A DNA stretch of 64,000 nt, from the NCBI RefSeq assembly GCF_006345805.1, contig NC_043017.1:18600001-18664000 (forward strand), given 5' to 3'. This stretch comes from Octopus sinensis (Eukaryota). Of this stretch, positions 55,055 through 64,000 are shown piece by piece. The notes beneath the pieces are model-generated. The model was not told where the DNA came from. It saw only the letters and a list, made by a program, of their open reading frames with translations, and searched no databases. Numbering within the stretch: position 1 is the first letter of the stretch; every line of letters begins with the position of its first letter. Both the position numbers and the translations under genes were made by a program.

Positions 55055-55446
55055 CATACATACATATATATATATATGTACACACACACACAGAGGGAGA
55101 GAGAGAGAGAGAGAGCTATTATGAACATGTAATGCTATTGGACATGGTCCATTACAATTTATTTTAAGTAATGTTGCAGCAGCATGACACAAGAGATGTG
55201 CCATGGCATGAAACAGTAGACTAAAGCAGACTTCATCAAAATAGTGACTCAGGAAGGCAACAAACTTTCTTACCTTTGCGCAATCAGCAAACACATCAGG
55301 AAAGATCACAAAATTGGTCTCAAGGATGCTGGTAGCCATATACATCATGAAGAAATTTTCAGTGGAGAGGCTTCCGGTATCTTGTATGAAATACAAAGTC
55401 ATGTACATCAGCAATGTCACCTGTGAAGACAGAGAGAGATTTGCAT

Positions 55447-55541
<95 letters not shown>

Positions 55542-57751
55542 TATATATATAATATATGAAGATCACTGCCAGAGCAGCTGTCTGGCACGTAAAGAGCACC
55601 ATTTGAGTATGATCGTTGTCAGCGTCGCCTCACTGGCACTTGTGTTGGTGGCACGTGAACAAAACATTCGAGCAAGGTCGTTGCCAGTGCTGCTAGACTG
55701 AGTCCTGTGCAGGTAGCATGTAAAAAGCATAATTTTCGAGCATGGCCACTGCCAGTACCGCCAGGCTGGCTCTCGTGCCGGTGGCACTTTAAAAGCACCC
55801 ACTACACTCTCAGAGTGGTTGGCATTAGGAAGGGCATCCAGCTGTAGAAACTCTGCCAGATCAAGATTGAAGCCTGGTGCAGCCATCTGGTTCGTCAGCC
55901 TGCAGTCATTTGTCCAACCCATGCTAACATGGAAAGTGGATGTTAAACAAAGATGATGATATATATATGACCATTAGCATAAAAAAAAACTGAGCTTGTC
56001 CATCAGCCCATTCGTGACCATCCTTTCACTGTTATCCCTACTTGTAGATGTTGAGGGGAAAGTATTAAAAATGGTTCCTCCTTCACTTATCTTGGTTCCA
56101 TTGTGTCCAATGATGCTAAGAGGGATAAAGAAAATTAGTCCAAAATCCGGAAGGCTGAGTCCGCTTTTGGGAGGCATTACCATAGGCTTTGGAACAACCA
56201 CAACATATTGTTGAAGGTAGATGTCAATGTATGCAAGTCAGTAGTTTTTATATCGTCATTGTATGGTGCTGAATCTTAGACCCTGTAGCAAAAGTACATC
56301 AACCAGCTTGATGCTTTTCATATGTGATGTTTGCATACTATTTCCAACATAAAAGTGAGCGGCCATACTTGTAACAATGAGGGGCTAACAAAATGCAACA
56401 CATCAGGTATTGAAACCATACTCATTAAAATACACCTTAGGTGGTCAGGTCATCTCTTATGTATGAGTGATATCAGAATTATGAAGCAATTTCTCTTTGG
56501 CCAATTCTAACAGGAAGGTCATTTGGAAGGTCACTCTTGTGCTTGAAAAACAAACTAAAAGACAATATGAAGTGATGCGACATTCCTTTTTATTCCTGGA
56601 AAAACAAAGCATCAGAACACAGGACCTGGCACCAGTCCTGCTTCTCTTCAGTTCAAAAGATTTGAGCGAAGTCAACTCCAGCACCGGGACCAACTTCGTG
56701 CAAGCATGAAGGCACCACTGGCAAAACACTGCTTCTCTGAATAGAAACCTTACCTGTCACTGTGGTTTTGTGGCATGAAGCAAAGCTGGCCTTGCCATCC
56801 ACTCAAGAAAACACATAGTAAATAATCCACAAGCATTTAAGCAAACTGAGTCCTCGACTCGTTCCATTTGCAAAATGGTTTGTAAGGCACCAACAGGCCT
56901 CAAGAGACACATTCCTGTCCATAGAACATAATTAACTCTTTATTTTACCAAACCCTCATTTGTCGTTCATGACGAGAGAATCCATCATATACATAAACAC
57001 GTATTTGTATACATTCTCATCATTATTGTTTTAATGTCCACTTTTCATGCTTGCATGGGTCAGATGGTTTATTGAGGTAGATTTTCAATGGTCAGATGCT
57101 CTTCTTGTTGCCAATCCTTATCTGCTTCTAAGCGAGGTAATATTTTCCCATCTACCAAAGAACAAACAGTCTACAATTCATAGAAAACAGACAAAAGGTG
57201 AAAAAAAACCCAGAAGGAATGATAAATCAATATTTTTCATACCACAAATGGAAGAACTTCAGAGATTGTTGCAATGAAGGCATCCCAGAGAAGACGTTTT
57301 TGCAAAAAGCTGAGTTCTTTTATTCGGATGTCTTGTAATTTCTTCAGAAAAATTGACTCTAAAGCTTGAAGTTTTATAACCTGTGAATAACAATGAAATA
57401 GAAAGCAACACTATCAAACACAGTGACAATTTAATACATGTGTGGGAACACACAGACATTTATAATCAGTGAAGAAGAAGAAAAAAAGTAGAATAAATAG
57501 CAGATGTTTTTTGAATTGAGAAACTGGGAAAGTATTTCTAGCCTTCTTTCTTTTGTGGAAACACAGATTTCAAACACACAGGTTCTGAATGTGATTAATC
57601 TAGTTTATCTGTTTCCCAAATTCCACTGAGGTCAACTTTGCTTTCTATTCTATCATGGTTGATAAATTAAGAACCAGTCAAGTGCTGGGGTTGATGTAAT
57701 TGATTATCCCCCTTCCCTTAAATTCCAGGCCTTGTGCCTATAGTAGAAAGG

Positions 57752-57796
<45 letters not shown>

Positions 57797-57966
57797 GAGT
57801 GAGAGAGCAGTGCATGCCATCAAAGTGACACTGGGGTAAAATATACAAAGCCCAATATACCCATCATGACTACTCGTCTGATAAGGGTACACCAGGCACA
57901 TGCATCACAACCATATGTGCGTGACATGGTGATCTCATATCAAGATAAACAGCACATGACCTTGCA

Positions 57967-58015
<49 letters not shown>

Positions 58016-58017
58016 GC

Positions 58018-58076
<59 letters not shown>

Positions 58077-58835
58077 CAGCAGCAGCAGCAGCAGTACAGT
58101 GTCAGGAAATTGGCAAAGCATCTGAAGAAAGACAAAACTGAAATTAATAAGACAAAGCTTACTTTTATTTTGTCCATGATTTCCTTCATCACACATCGTC
58201 GGTTGTCTTTCTCATTCAAAAATTCCTCTTGACATTCACCAATCTTTTTCAGGCAGTACCGTACTAAGATGTATGCAGGGAAGATGAGGCCACAGTACAG
58301 GGCGACATATTTGAAGTGCACCGCAAGAATGACAAAACAGATGATGAACTGAAACGGGGCCGACCAAAGCACCCACAGGAAAGCAGTACACTCATGGAAC
58401 ATGTCAGTGTCGACGGAGAGTAAGTTGGCTATGGACACGTCCTGTAAAAGTTGACCTCTCTTCTTCAGTAACTGGAAAATAGAGAATAAAAATTGGTAGT
58501 AATAATGGTGGTGGTGGTGGTGGTGGTGGTGGTGGTGGTGGTGGAGGTGATAGTGGTGAAGGTGATGGTCGTGGAGGTGAGGTGGTGATGATAGTAGTAA
58601 TGGTGAAAGTGGTAGTGGTGGTTGTAGAGTGATGGCGGTGGTGGTGGTGATGGTGGTGATGATGGTGGTGGTGATGGAGGTGGTGGTGATGATAGTAGTA
58701 GTGGTGAAAGTGGTAGTGGTGGTGGTGGTGGTGATGGTGATGATGGCGGTGGTGATGATGGTGGTGGTGATGGAGGTGGTGGTGATGATAGTAGTAATGG
58801 TGAAAGTGGTGGCAGGGGTGACAGTGACAGTGGTA

Positions 58836-58898
<63 letters not shown>

Positions 58899-61800
58899 AT
58901 GGTGGAAGTAGTGGTGGTGATGGTGGAAGTAGTGGTGGTAGTCATTGTGGTGATGGTGGTGGTGGGTGGGTTGATAAGGGATGTGGCAGGTTTGATATTG
59001 GTACCAGTCACCCCACTGATTGTTCCATCTTCAATCTCAGAAGACTTCAATAAAAATAAAACAGCCAGAAATTATCGACATGCAAAATGAGTGACTTTCT
59101 GTTCACCAATGTCTGACTGAGCTCTCTCTCTCTCAACATTGTCTCAGAGGCTGACATGCAATAATAATAATAATAATAATAATGTTGACAATATCTCTGA
59201 TGCTTTGAACAATTCCAATCAGTAGAAAGAGGACCAAAGTGATGCATCAACCAGCTCTAGAAAAGACCTATGTTGAACCGAATGGCTTTGTAAATGGGCA
59301 ATGACTGAACATGGTGGACAAGTTCACCTGGCTGGGAAACAGACTCTTTTGAGCCATTATTGTTGAAGATAATGTGGATGCCAGACTTGCCAAAGACACC
59401 GCAACATTCAACAAACTCCATGCAGATGTGTAGAATGAGAAAGATATCATTTTAAAGATGAAGCTCAAGGTGTACCAGAGTGTGATTCTATAGCTGTGAA
59501 GCACAGACTGCCTACCAAGGGCATGCAAGGAATTTGAGCCAATTCCATACTATCTGCCCCTGAAAGATGCTTAGCATAAAATGGCAAAACAGGATTCATC
59601 ATCATCATCATCAACCCCTGGACATAACTGTGTTGACTCCGACAACTCACAGCTGAACATTACTGTTTCGACTCCCACAACTTATGGCTGGACGTTACTG
59701 TCTTGACTCCTACAACTCATGGCTGGACATTACTGTCTTGACTCCTACAATTCGTAGTTTGACATTACTGTTCTGACTCCTATGATGCATAGTTTGACAT
59801 TACTATCTTGACTCCAATGACTCACATCTAGAGATTACTGTTTTGACTTCTATGACTCATGGCTGCACATTACTATTTTGGCCCCTATAACTCACAGTTG
59901 GACCTTACTGTTTTGACTCCAACTCATGTAGTTGGTTACTCAGTTTCTATGGTGTATAAATGATAAGATTGCTATTGAACAGGATGCCAGTCCATGGCTG
60001 GAATACACATTTACACCTGAGTGGACAGGAGTAATGTGAAATGAAGTGTTTTGCTCAAGAACACAATGCACCAACCAGTCTGGGAACTGAAACCATAATC
60101 TTGCATTTGTGAGTGCAATACTCTAACCCCTAGGCCAAAGGGAAGTATTTCCCTATCAGGACAGGATTCCTATCAGAGAAATCCTCTCTTGCCAAAGTAT
60201 TCATTGTCTTCACAATCCTGATCCAGTCACTGTAGTGTTGAGCAGGTCATGGAGTTTACATGCCAGGCTGCTAGCTCTCAGAGAAGCTGTTTTAAATTTA
60301 GCTTCAAAATGGTAAACATTTTCACAAAAAAATTTTAAAAAGTGCTGCAGAGATACTTTGAAATCCTGACTGAAGACAAATATTTGTCTCAAACTTTGAC
60401 ACAAGCAATTTCGGAGGAGGAGCAGGTTGATTATATCAACCTCAGAGCTCAACTGGTATCTATTCTTTTCTACTCTAAGCACAAGGCCCAAAATTTTAGG
60501 TGAGGGGGCCAGTCGATTAGATTGACCTCAGTATGCAACTGGTACTTAATTTATCGACCCCTGAAAGGATGAAAGGCAAAGTTGACCTTGGCAGAATTTG
60601 AACTCAGAACGTAAAGACAGACGAAATACCGCTAAGCATTTTGTCTGGCGTGCTAACATTTCTGCCAGCTCGCAGCCTTGTACTTATTGAACAACTGGTA
60701 CTTATTGACCCCAAAAGAATGAAAGGCAAAGTTGACCTTGGTGGAATTTGAACTCAGAGCATAAAGCTGGATGAAATGCTGCTAAGCATTTTGCCTGGTA
60801 TGCTAATAGTTCTGCCAGCTTGCTGCCTTAGTGAAGAAAAATATTAACAACAAAGAGTGGCAACCAAGAGTATTGGACAGAGGAGAATGGTGTACAGCTA
60901 CCACCAATAGCTCCATGACCTGTGAGGCTAACAAAGTGACTGTAGCTGGGTAATGCAGGCAGGTCAGAAAGGAAGATGTCATGAGATCTCACATAATGCC
61001 ATTTGCATTCCCTATTCGCAGTGCCAAATACATTTCTACACACAGATTATACTGACCAGCCATTTGTGCACATGATGGTCCTTGTCAGATCGACACATAA
61101 GCAACACACATTGTGGAATAAATGGGGCTGTTAGGGTGATGTTGTAACAGTGTTTTGGGGTGTTGTATACTGAGTGGTAGAGATAAAGTTAGGAGAACAG
61201 TGTTATAATAGTGCCATATAAGTGTTCTGGCGTAGCAGTGTTTTGGGGTATTGTAGATGTGTCAGATGTCAGAGAATTATTGTACCTATAGGGGTTGAAG
61301 CAGAAGTTATTTTAGTGTTAAGGGTAGATGGAGAAACTAAGGAGTCTCTTGCAGTAACCAGTGTTACAAGAGTCTAAAAGATGAGGACAAAGGAGAAATA
61401 AGGAGTGAAGGAGGCCAAGGATGATGGGTCTGTGTATAAAATGTTAAAATACAATCAAGTACCTTCCTGTAGATGGCATCACTGATTGCTGTCTTTACAT
61501 TCAGTCCCAACCTGTTACTTCTCCAGTAAACCGCTTGGTCTGCCATGGACATTGCTATATTGACAATGAAGAATGTGAATGCGAAGACGTAACCTATCCA
61601 TTTGGGACCTGGTGTTTTGCTTTCAAGAAAGGGGAGGAAATAACTGAAATATAAGAGAGATTTAGATTGAGTTAGGTTCAGTAGAATGCATTAACATTAG
61701 AGTAAATATTAGTTTCAAATTAGGCACAAGGTTAGCAATTTTGGGGGCGAGGGTAAGCCAAATACATCGACCCCATTACTCAACTGGTGCTTATTTTCTC

Positions 61801-63279
61801 GAGGCTGAAAGGATGAAAGGCAAAGTCAACCTCAGCAGAATTTGAACTCAGAACAGAAGGACAGACAAAGTGCTGCTGAACCTTTTGCCAGGAGTGCTAA
61901 TGATTCTGTCAGGTCACCACTTTAAACATTAGTGTAAACACTGGGCAATCAACTTTTAATTATTGTATAATGAGTTGTGCCCTTCACAGTTGAAGCTTAC
62001 TGCTACTATCTCTTGGTATCGTGGGAAGAAATATCATCATCTTAACATCCACTGTTCCATGTCTTCATAGATTACACAAAGTTCATTGAGGTGGATTTTT
62101 GTCATGTCACCAACTCTCACCCATTTCCAAGTAATTTTAAATTTCTTCTTAGCCAGACAAGTTTTAACAAAAGACTGGAAATGAATGACACATTAATTGT
62201 ATTAATCTCACTGCCCTTGGAGGGCCTTCATTGGCCCATGTACACAGCCCTTAACCTTAAACTTAAACACACAAGACAAGTGTTATATCAAACAAAATTC
62301 AAAAGAAACCTCTTTGACAGATACTCACAAGAGAAGGATAGGGTTTACAAACACCAAAATGTCGTACATTGCTCGTATTAAAAAGATGAAAATTAATTCT
62401 TTCCAGAACATTCTCACAAGAACTGAAAACCAATGATGGTTTTTGCTCTTCCTGAAATTAAATGAAAATATGTTGAAATGTTTCCTGTCCAAAGAGGCAA
62501 CAAGTTTAGCAAACAGTAAGATACATGTGGCATTGTATAGTAAGATGTGTGGGTGGTTTGTTGCTTGTTACCACATGGCATTGGTTGTCATGGCCAACTG
62601 AAACTGAAATGCCACATCACCAGATACATGTGACATCACCTAATGTCAAATAATTAAATACTTGGGACCAATCACATCAATAACTGAGATTCCATTGGTT
62701 ATGATGACAACTGTTCCAGTTGACCCGATCAATGGAACAGCCTGTTCATGAAATTAACATGCAAGTGGCTGAGTACTCCACAGGTAAGAGTAACCTTAAC
62801 ATAATTACTGGTACGACTCATTTTTGCTAGCTGAGTGAACTGGGCCAACATAAAATAAAATGTCTTGCTGCCAGGAATTGAACTGAAGACCTTACAATCG
62901 TGAGCTAAATATCCTGGCTACTAAGCCATGCACCTTCACTAACAACCGCATGTCACATGACTGAATAGATGTGGCCAATCATATTATACCTCAAGAGCAA
63001 AGCCATATAACCAAGCACATGATGTCATAAGACCAATTAAATGTGACTTATCACATGACCAGCCACATGTGTCTTAACTCATTACATCACATGATCACAG
63101 CAACAGCAACAATACTAAAAGTGATAGTAGTGGTTGGGGAGAGGGGTGTGACTCCAATAACGTACATCGTCTTCTCCGAGGCTTTGCATTTCAAGTGAAT
63201 GTAGGATGTTGTGTCGTTTTCCATCAGGTTGGGGACGAAATTGTCTCGGTTCCTCTGTCTGTAGCCACGAATCATCACA
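18634..63279 (-). CDS. Divergent ABCC/MRP-family ABC transporter (MRP1-like: lasso-TMD1-NBD1-linker-TMD2-NBD2); 24 exons in window, 5' end beyond window
   Basis: 24 exons (3805 nt) join in one open frame with GT-AG introns. NBD1: [40 protein letters not shown]2: [43 protein letters not shown]. Hydrophobic TMD exons lie between. Confidence 0.92.
18825..19222 (-). mobile_element. Major tRNA-headed SINE family, - copy; others ~875-1222, 36991-37399, 38833-39221, 43902-44271, 51240-51599
   Basis: Reverse complement of the same ~400-bp consensus. Confidence 0.88.
19875..20395. repeat. (TATG)n microsatellite
   Basis: Directly visible. Confidence 0.97.
20406..20600 (-). CDS. ABCC exon (NBD2 signature, Walker B, H-loop)
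   Basis: SGMKQL...[12 protein letters not shown]...CIAHKL. Confidence 0.93.
21863..22005 (-). CDS. ABCC exon (NBD2)
   Basis: [24 protein letters not shown]. Confidence 0.92.
22281..22754. mobile_element. Two tandem ~225-bp piggyBac-type MITEs
   Basis: Termini CCCTTTTG(T/C)TACCA...TGGTATCAAAAGGG. Second copy has TTAA on both sides (22528-22531, 22751-22754). Confidence 0.8.
24195..24353 (-). CDS. ABCC exon (NBD2 Walker A, Q-loop)
   Basis: [14 protein letters not shown]...IDG...[11 protein letters not shown]. Confidence 0.93.
25291..25443 (-). CDS. ABCC exon (NBD2 start)
   Basis: [19 protein letters not shown]...IKPGEK. Confidence 0.93.
26283..26384 (-). CDS. ABCC exon (end of TMD2)
   Basis: [13 protein letters not shown]...VAVQQV...KE. 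Confidence 0.87.
28207..28675. repeat. (TA)n microsatellite
   Basis: Directly visible. Confidence 0.97.
28688..28805 (-). CDS. ABCC exon (TMD2)
   Basis: [16 protein letters not shown]...[10 protein letters not shown]. Confidence 0.87.
29321..30232. repeat. 83-bp minisatellite, 11 near-identical copies
   Basis: Unit cctaccaacaatagcatcacagccgtgtcagcc... starts at 29321, 29404, 29487 ... 30151. Confidence 0.96.
30352..30551 (-). CDS. ABCC exon (TMD2)
   Basis: [15 protein letters not shown], similar to HFNET..G..VIRAF. Confidence 0.85.
31190..31730 (+). mobile_element. Decayed Penelope-like element GIY-YIG endonuclease region
   Basis: [13 protein letters not shown] / [20 protein letters not shown]...[11 protein letters not shown] / NLCIDE...LLNER...SC, with frameshifts and stops. 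Confidence 0.75.
32341..32651 (-). CDS. ABCC exon (TMD2)
   Basis: [24 protein letters not shown]...IDE...IIQM. Confidence 0.88.
32853..33391 (+). mobile_element. Penelope-like terminal-repeat remnant with decayed hammerhead core; related inverted piece at ~41296-41490
   Basis: CCGAAGA-GGCC...GGCC-GAAACAGCTGTC at 33095-33199; ends match 41296-41490 in reverse complement; embedded in (TA)n. Confidence 0.6.
35103..35301 (-). CDS. ABCC exon (start of TMD2)
   Basis: FRKYLKIVG...WTTD...IYGSFGLTQ. Confidence 0.88.
35901..35991 (-). CDS. ABCC exon (linker)
   Basis: [13 protein letters not shown]...DDSLQNY; phases fit. Confidence 0.72.
36516..36815 (+). mobile_element. tRNA-derived SINE; related copies ~16638-16880 (+), 42346-42530 and 52835-53216 (-)
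   Basis: A box TGGCCTAGTGG and B box GTTTCGATTCC, then aaaacacctaaaagctccacgaggctcc body. Confidence 0.85.
37575..37770 (-). CDS. ABCC exon (NBD1-TMD2 linker)
   Basis: Ser/Arg-rich open frame; TAGCAGCAG tandem acceptor; phases fit. Confidence 0.72.
38306..38535 (+). mobile_element. tRNA-headed SINE with hammerhead-like 3' part; 5'-truncated inverted copy at ~38055-38305
   Basis: A box 38310-38320, B box 38355-38364, (AAT)n, then CTGATGA-A-GGCTG...CAGCC-GAAACGTT. Confidence 0.75.
38438..38486 (+). ncRNA. Candidate minimal type I hammerhead ribozyme
   Basis: Stem I CAC/GUG, core CUGAUGA (38445-38451), extra A, stem II GGCUG/CAGCC, GAAA (38473-38476), palindromic stem III ACGU, predicted cleavage after GUU. 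Confidence 0.6.
39901..40090 (-). CDS. ABCC exon (NBD1 H-loop)
   Basis: [31 protein letters not shown]. Confidence 0.92.
41030..41197 (-). CDS. ABCC exon (NBD1 signature, Walker B)
   Basis: [16 protein letters not shown]...[11 protein letters not shown]. Confidence 0.94.
43299..43475 (-). CDS. ABCC exon (NBD1 Q-loop)
   Basis: [22 protein letters not shown]. Confidence 0.93.
44274..45110 (+). mobile_element. Decayed, internally deleted mariner transposon
   Basis: HTH region EQRYC..KF / [23 protein letters not shown]...GRPSSSR; C-terminal PYSPVLA..DF.LFPKL...KGRRFE...QQWK...GE*FEG; most of the DD34D core missing. Confidence 0.88.
45701..47843 (-). mobile_element. Non-autonomous Helitron (~2.1 kb)
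   Basis: On -: A|TCTCTATATATAAAA 5' end, subterminal hairpin ACCCGC-7nt-GCGGGT (45714-45732) and CTAG|T 3' end; inserted in (TA)n. Confidence 0.78.
46781..46968. repeat. 41-42-bp tandem repeat, 4.5 copies, inside the Helitron
   Basis: aagtttcccgagttctggtcatagaccatagaacac at 46781, 46822, 46864, 46906 and partial at 46948. Confidence 0.92.
48718..48844 (-). CDS. ABCC exon (NBD1 Walker A)
   Basis: [25 protein letters not shown]. Confidence 0.93.
50270..50900. repeat. Degenerate ~126-bp tandem array, 5 copies
   Basis: tatctaggactaca-like motif recurs at ~50366, 50491, 50619, 50745, 50871. Confidence 0.8.
51039..51090 (-). CDS. ABCC exon (NBD1 start, A-loop region)
   Basis: 52 nt, [16 protein letters not shown]; phases 1 and 2 bridge the neighbours. 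Confidence 0.8.
51764..51983 (+). mobile_element. Mariner-derived MITE (~220 bp)
   Basis: TIRs acaaaggggtgctgaaaagttcctggc / gccaggaacttttcagacccccttcgt; internal [18 protein letters not shown] is a mariner transposase C-terminus. Confidence 0.82.
53418..53493 (-). CDS. ABCC exon (end of TMD1)
   Basis: [16 protein letters not shown], similar to VSLKRL..FL. Confidence 0.85.
55274..55420 (-). CDS. ABCC exon (TMD1)
   Basis: [11 protein letters not shown]...LSTENFF...[10 protein letters not shown]. Confidence 0.85.
56000..56820 (+). mobile_element. Decayed RTE-clade LINE ORF2 3' fragment
   Basis: YLGSIVS...[39 protein letters not shown], terminal C.CGF...KAGLAIH Zn finger; stops and frameshifts. 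Confidence 0.8.
57243..57380 (-). CDS. ABCC exon (TMD1)
   Basis: [26 protein letters not shown]...PFV, similar to VLKLYAWE...IR..EL. Confidence 0.88.
58163..58471 (-). CDS. ABCC exon (TMD1)
   Basis: ANLLSVDT...LWSAPFQF...[16 protein letters not shown]. Confidence 0.9.
58495..58970. repeat. (GGT)n/(TAG)n/(GAT)n compound trinucleotide repeat
   Basis: Directly visible. Confidence 0.95.
59618..59925. repeat. Degenerate 35-bp tandem repeat, about 9 copies
   Basis: ctggacattactgtcttgactcctacaactcatgg with period 35. Confidence 0.85.
61463..61643 (-). CDS. ABCC exon (TMD1)
   Basis: [10 protein letters not shown]...[17 protein letters not shown]. Confidence 0.9.
62329..62451 (-). CDS. ABCC exon (start of TMD1)
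   Basis: [34 protein letters not shown]; phases fit neighbours. Confidence 0.82.
63166..63279 (-). CDS. ABCC exon (lasso/L0 region)
   Basis: [23 protein letters not shown], similar to MRP1 LIVRGYRQ; AG/GT boundaries. Confidence 0.75.
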
Positions 63280-63312
63280 CTGAAAAAATAAAAACAACAA
63301 TAACAAAAACAA

Positions 63313-63343
<31 letters not shown>

Positions 63344-63356
63344 GACAACAATAATA

Positions 63357-63388
<32 letters not shown>

Positions 63389-63437
63389 TAATAATAATAA
63401 TAACAATAACAACAACAACAATAATAATAATAATAAA

Positions 63438-63972
63438 TGCCAGGCTCAGGCTCTCATGGCTTCCGATCTCAACTGACTGGAACTTTTATCAAGTACATGT
63501 TTAATCTTTGTATAAAAGATGGCCAACACCAAATAATCTACTCCATACCACAGATTTGCTTGTCAATTGTTTGACCTTAACAAGTTGAGCATGTCCCTTA
63601 ATGGCTGACGATATGTGCATCTCTGATCACAAGCAGAAGTAGTGGGGGAGCATCATAGCCATGTGTCAAGAGGGACTCTTTGAGGTTTGAACAATTCACC
63701 TATGGAAGGATAGGTGTTTCGTTCATCATCCTTAAAGAATCCCCTATTCCAGGGACCTTTTGAGTGGGATGGACTACTCGACCTGAAGAAAATTCTAACT
63801 AGGCCCCCACCTGCAAGGTGACACGCAGTTTATCTTGATATGAGATCACCATGTTGCACGCATATGGTTGTGATGTATATGCCTGGTGTACCCTTATCAG
63901 ATGGGTAGTAATGATGGGTATATTTGGCTTTGTATATGTGTACACCAGTGTCACTTTGATGGCATGCACTGC
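63438..63972 (-). repeat. Dispersed repeat bounded by (AAT/AAC)n; partial + copy at ~57795-57968
   Basis: gcagtgcatgccatcaaagtgacactgg...ctgataagggtacaccagg...tcatatcaagataaac shared in reverse complement. Confidence 0.75.
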
Positions 63973-64000
63973 CAATAATAATAATAATAACAACAACAAC

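Noticed and set aside
58472-59050. Mucin-like poly-Thr/poly-His N-terminus of the 345-aa ORF
   Set aside because: It is an intronic trinucleotide repeat that happens to be in frame with the real exon 58163-58471, which has its own acceptor.
18634-63279. ABCC pseudogene, or a true CFTR orthologue
   Set aside because: There are no stops or frameshifts and the splice sites are canonical. The motifs are MRP-like (WP..G.IEF, LDEATA, IAH) and the linker is much shorter than the CFTR R domain.

Overview
Eukaryotic, AT-rich, microsatellite- and SINE-dense genomic DNA. The repeat families look like those of an octopod cephalopod (my recognition, not a search result). Two spliced genes converge, and both begin outside the window. 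(1) On +, the last 8 exons (365-10826, 518 codons plus stop) of an ALDH16A1-type aldehyde dehydrogenase that keeps the catalytic Cys. (2) On -, 24 exons (63279 to 18634, about 1267 codons plus stop) of a very divergent MRP/ABCC transporter. Its frame is open and all introns are GT-AG, but its degenerate ATP site 1 has additionally lost the A-loop Trp, the H-loop His and the NBD2 D-loop Asp, and the NBD2 signature is further altered. Introns and the intergenic spacer hold a 5'-truncated CR1/L2-group LINE, RTE fragments, a Penelope GIY-YIG remnant, a 2.1 kb non-autonomous Helitron, mariner and piggyBac-type remnants, several SINE families, minisatellites and fold-back hairpins. The most unusual signals are a tRNA-headed SINE ending in a minimal hammerhead-ribozyme motif (head-to-head pair at 38.07-38.54 kb), five more hammerhead-like cores, and long inverted repeats that could form dsRNA around ABCC exons and just past its stop codon. 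Most supplied ORFs are translations of (TA)n/(TG)n repeats. All coordinates were read by eye; repeat boundaries are approximate.
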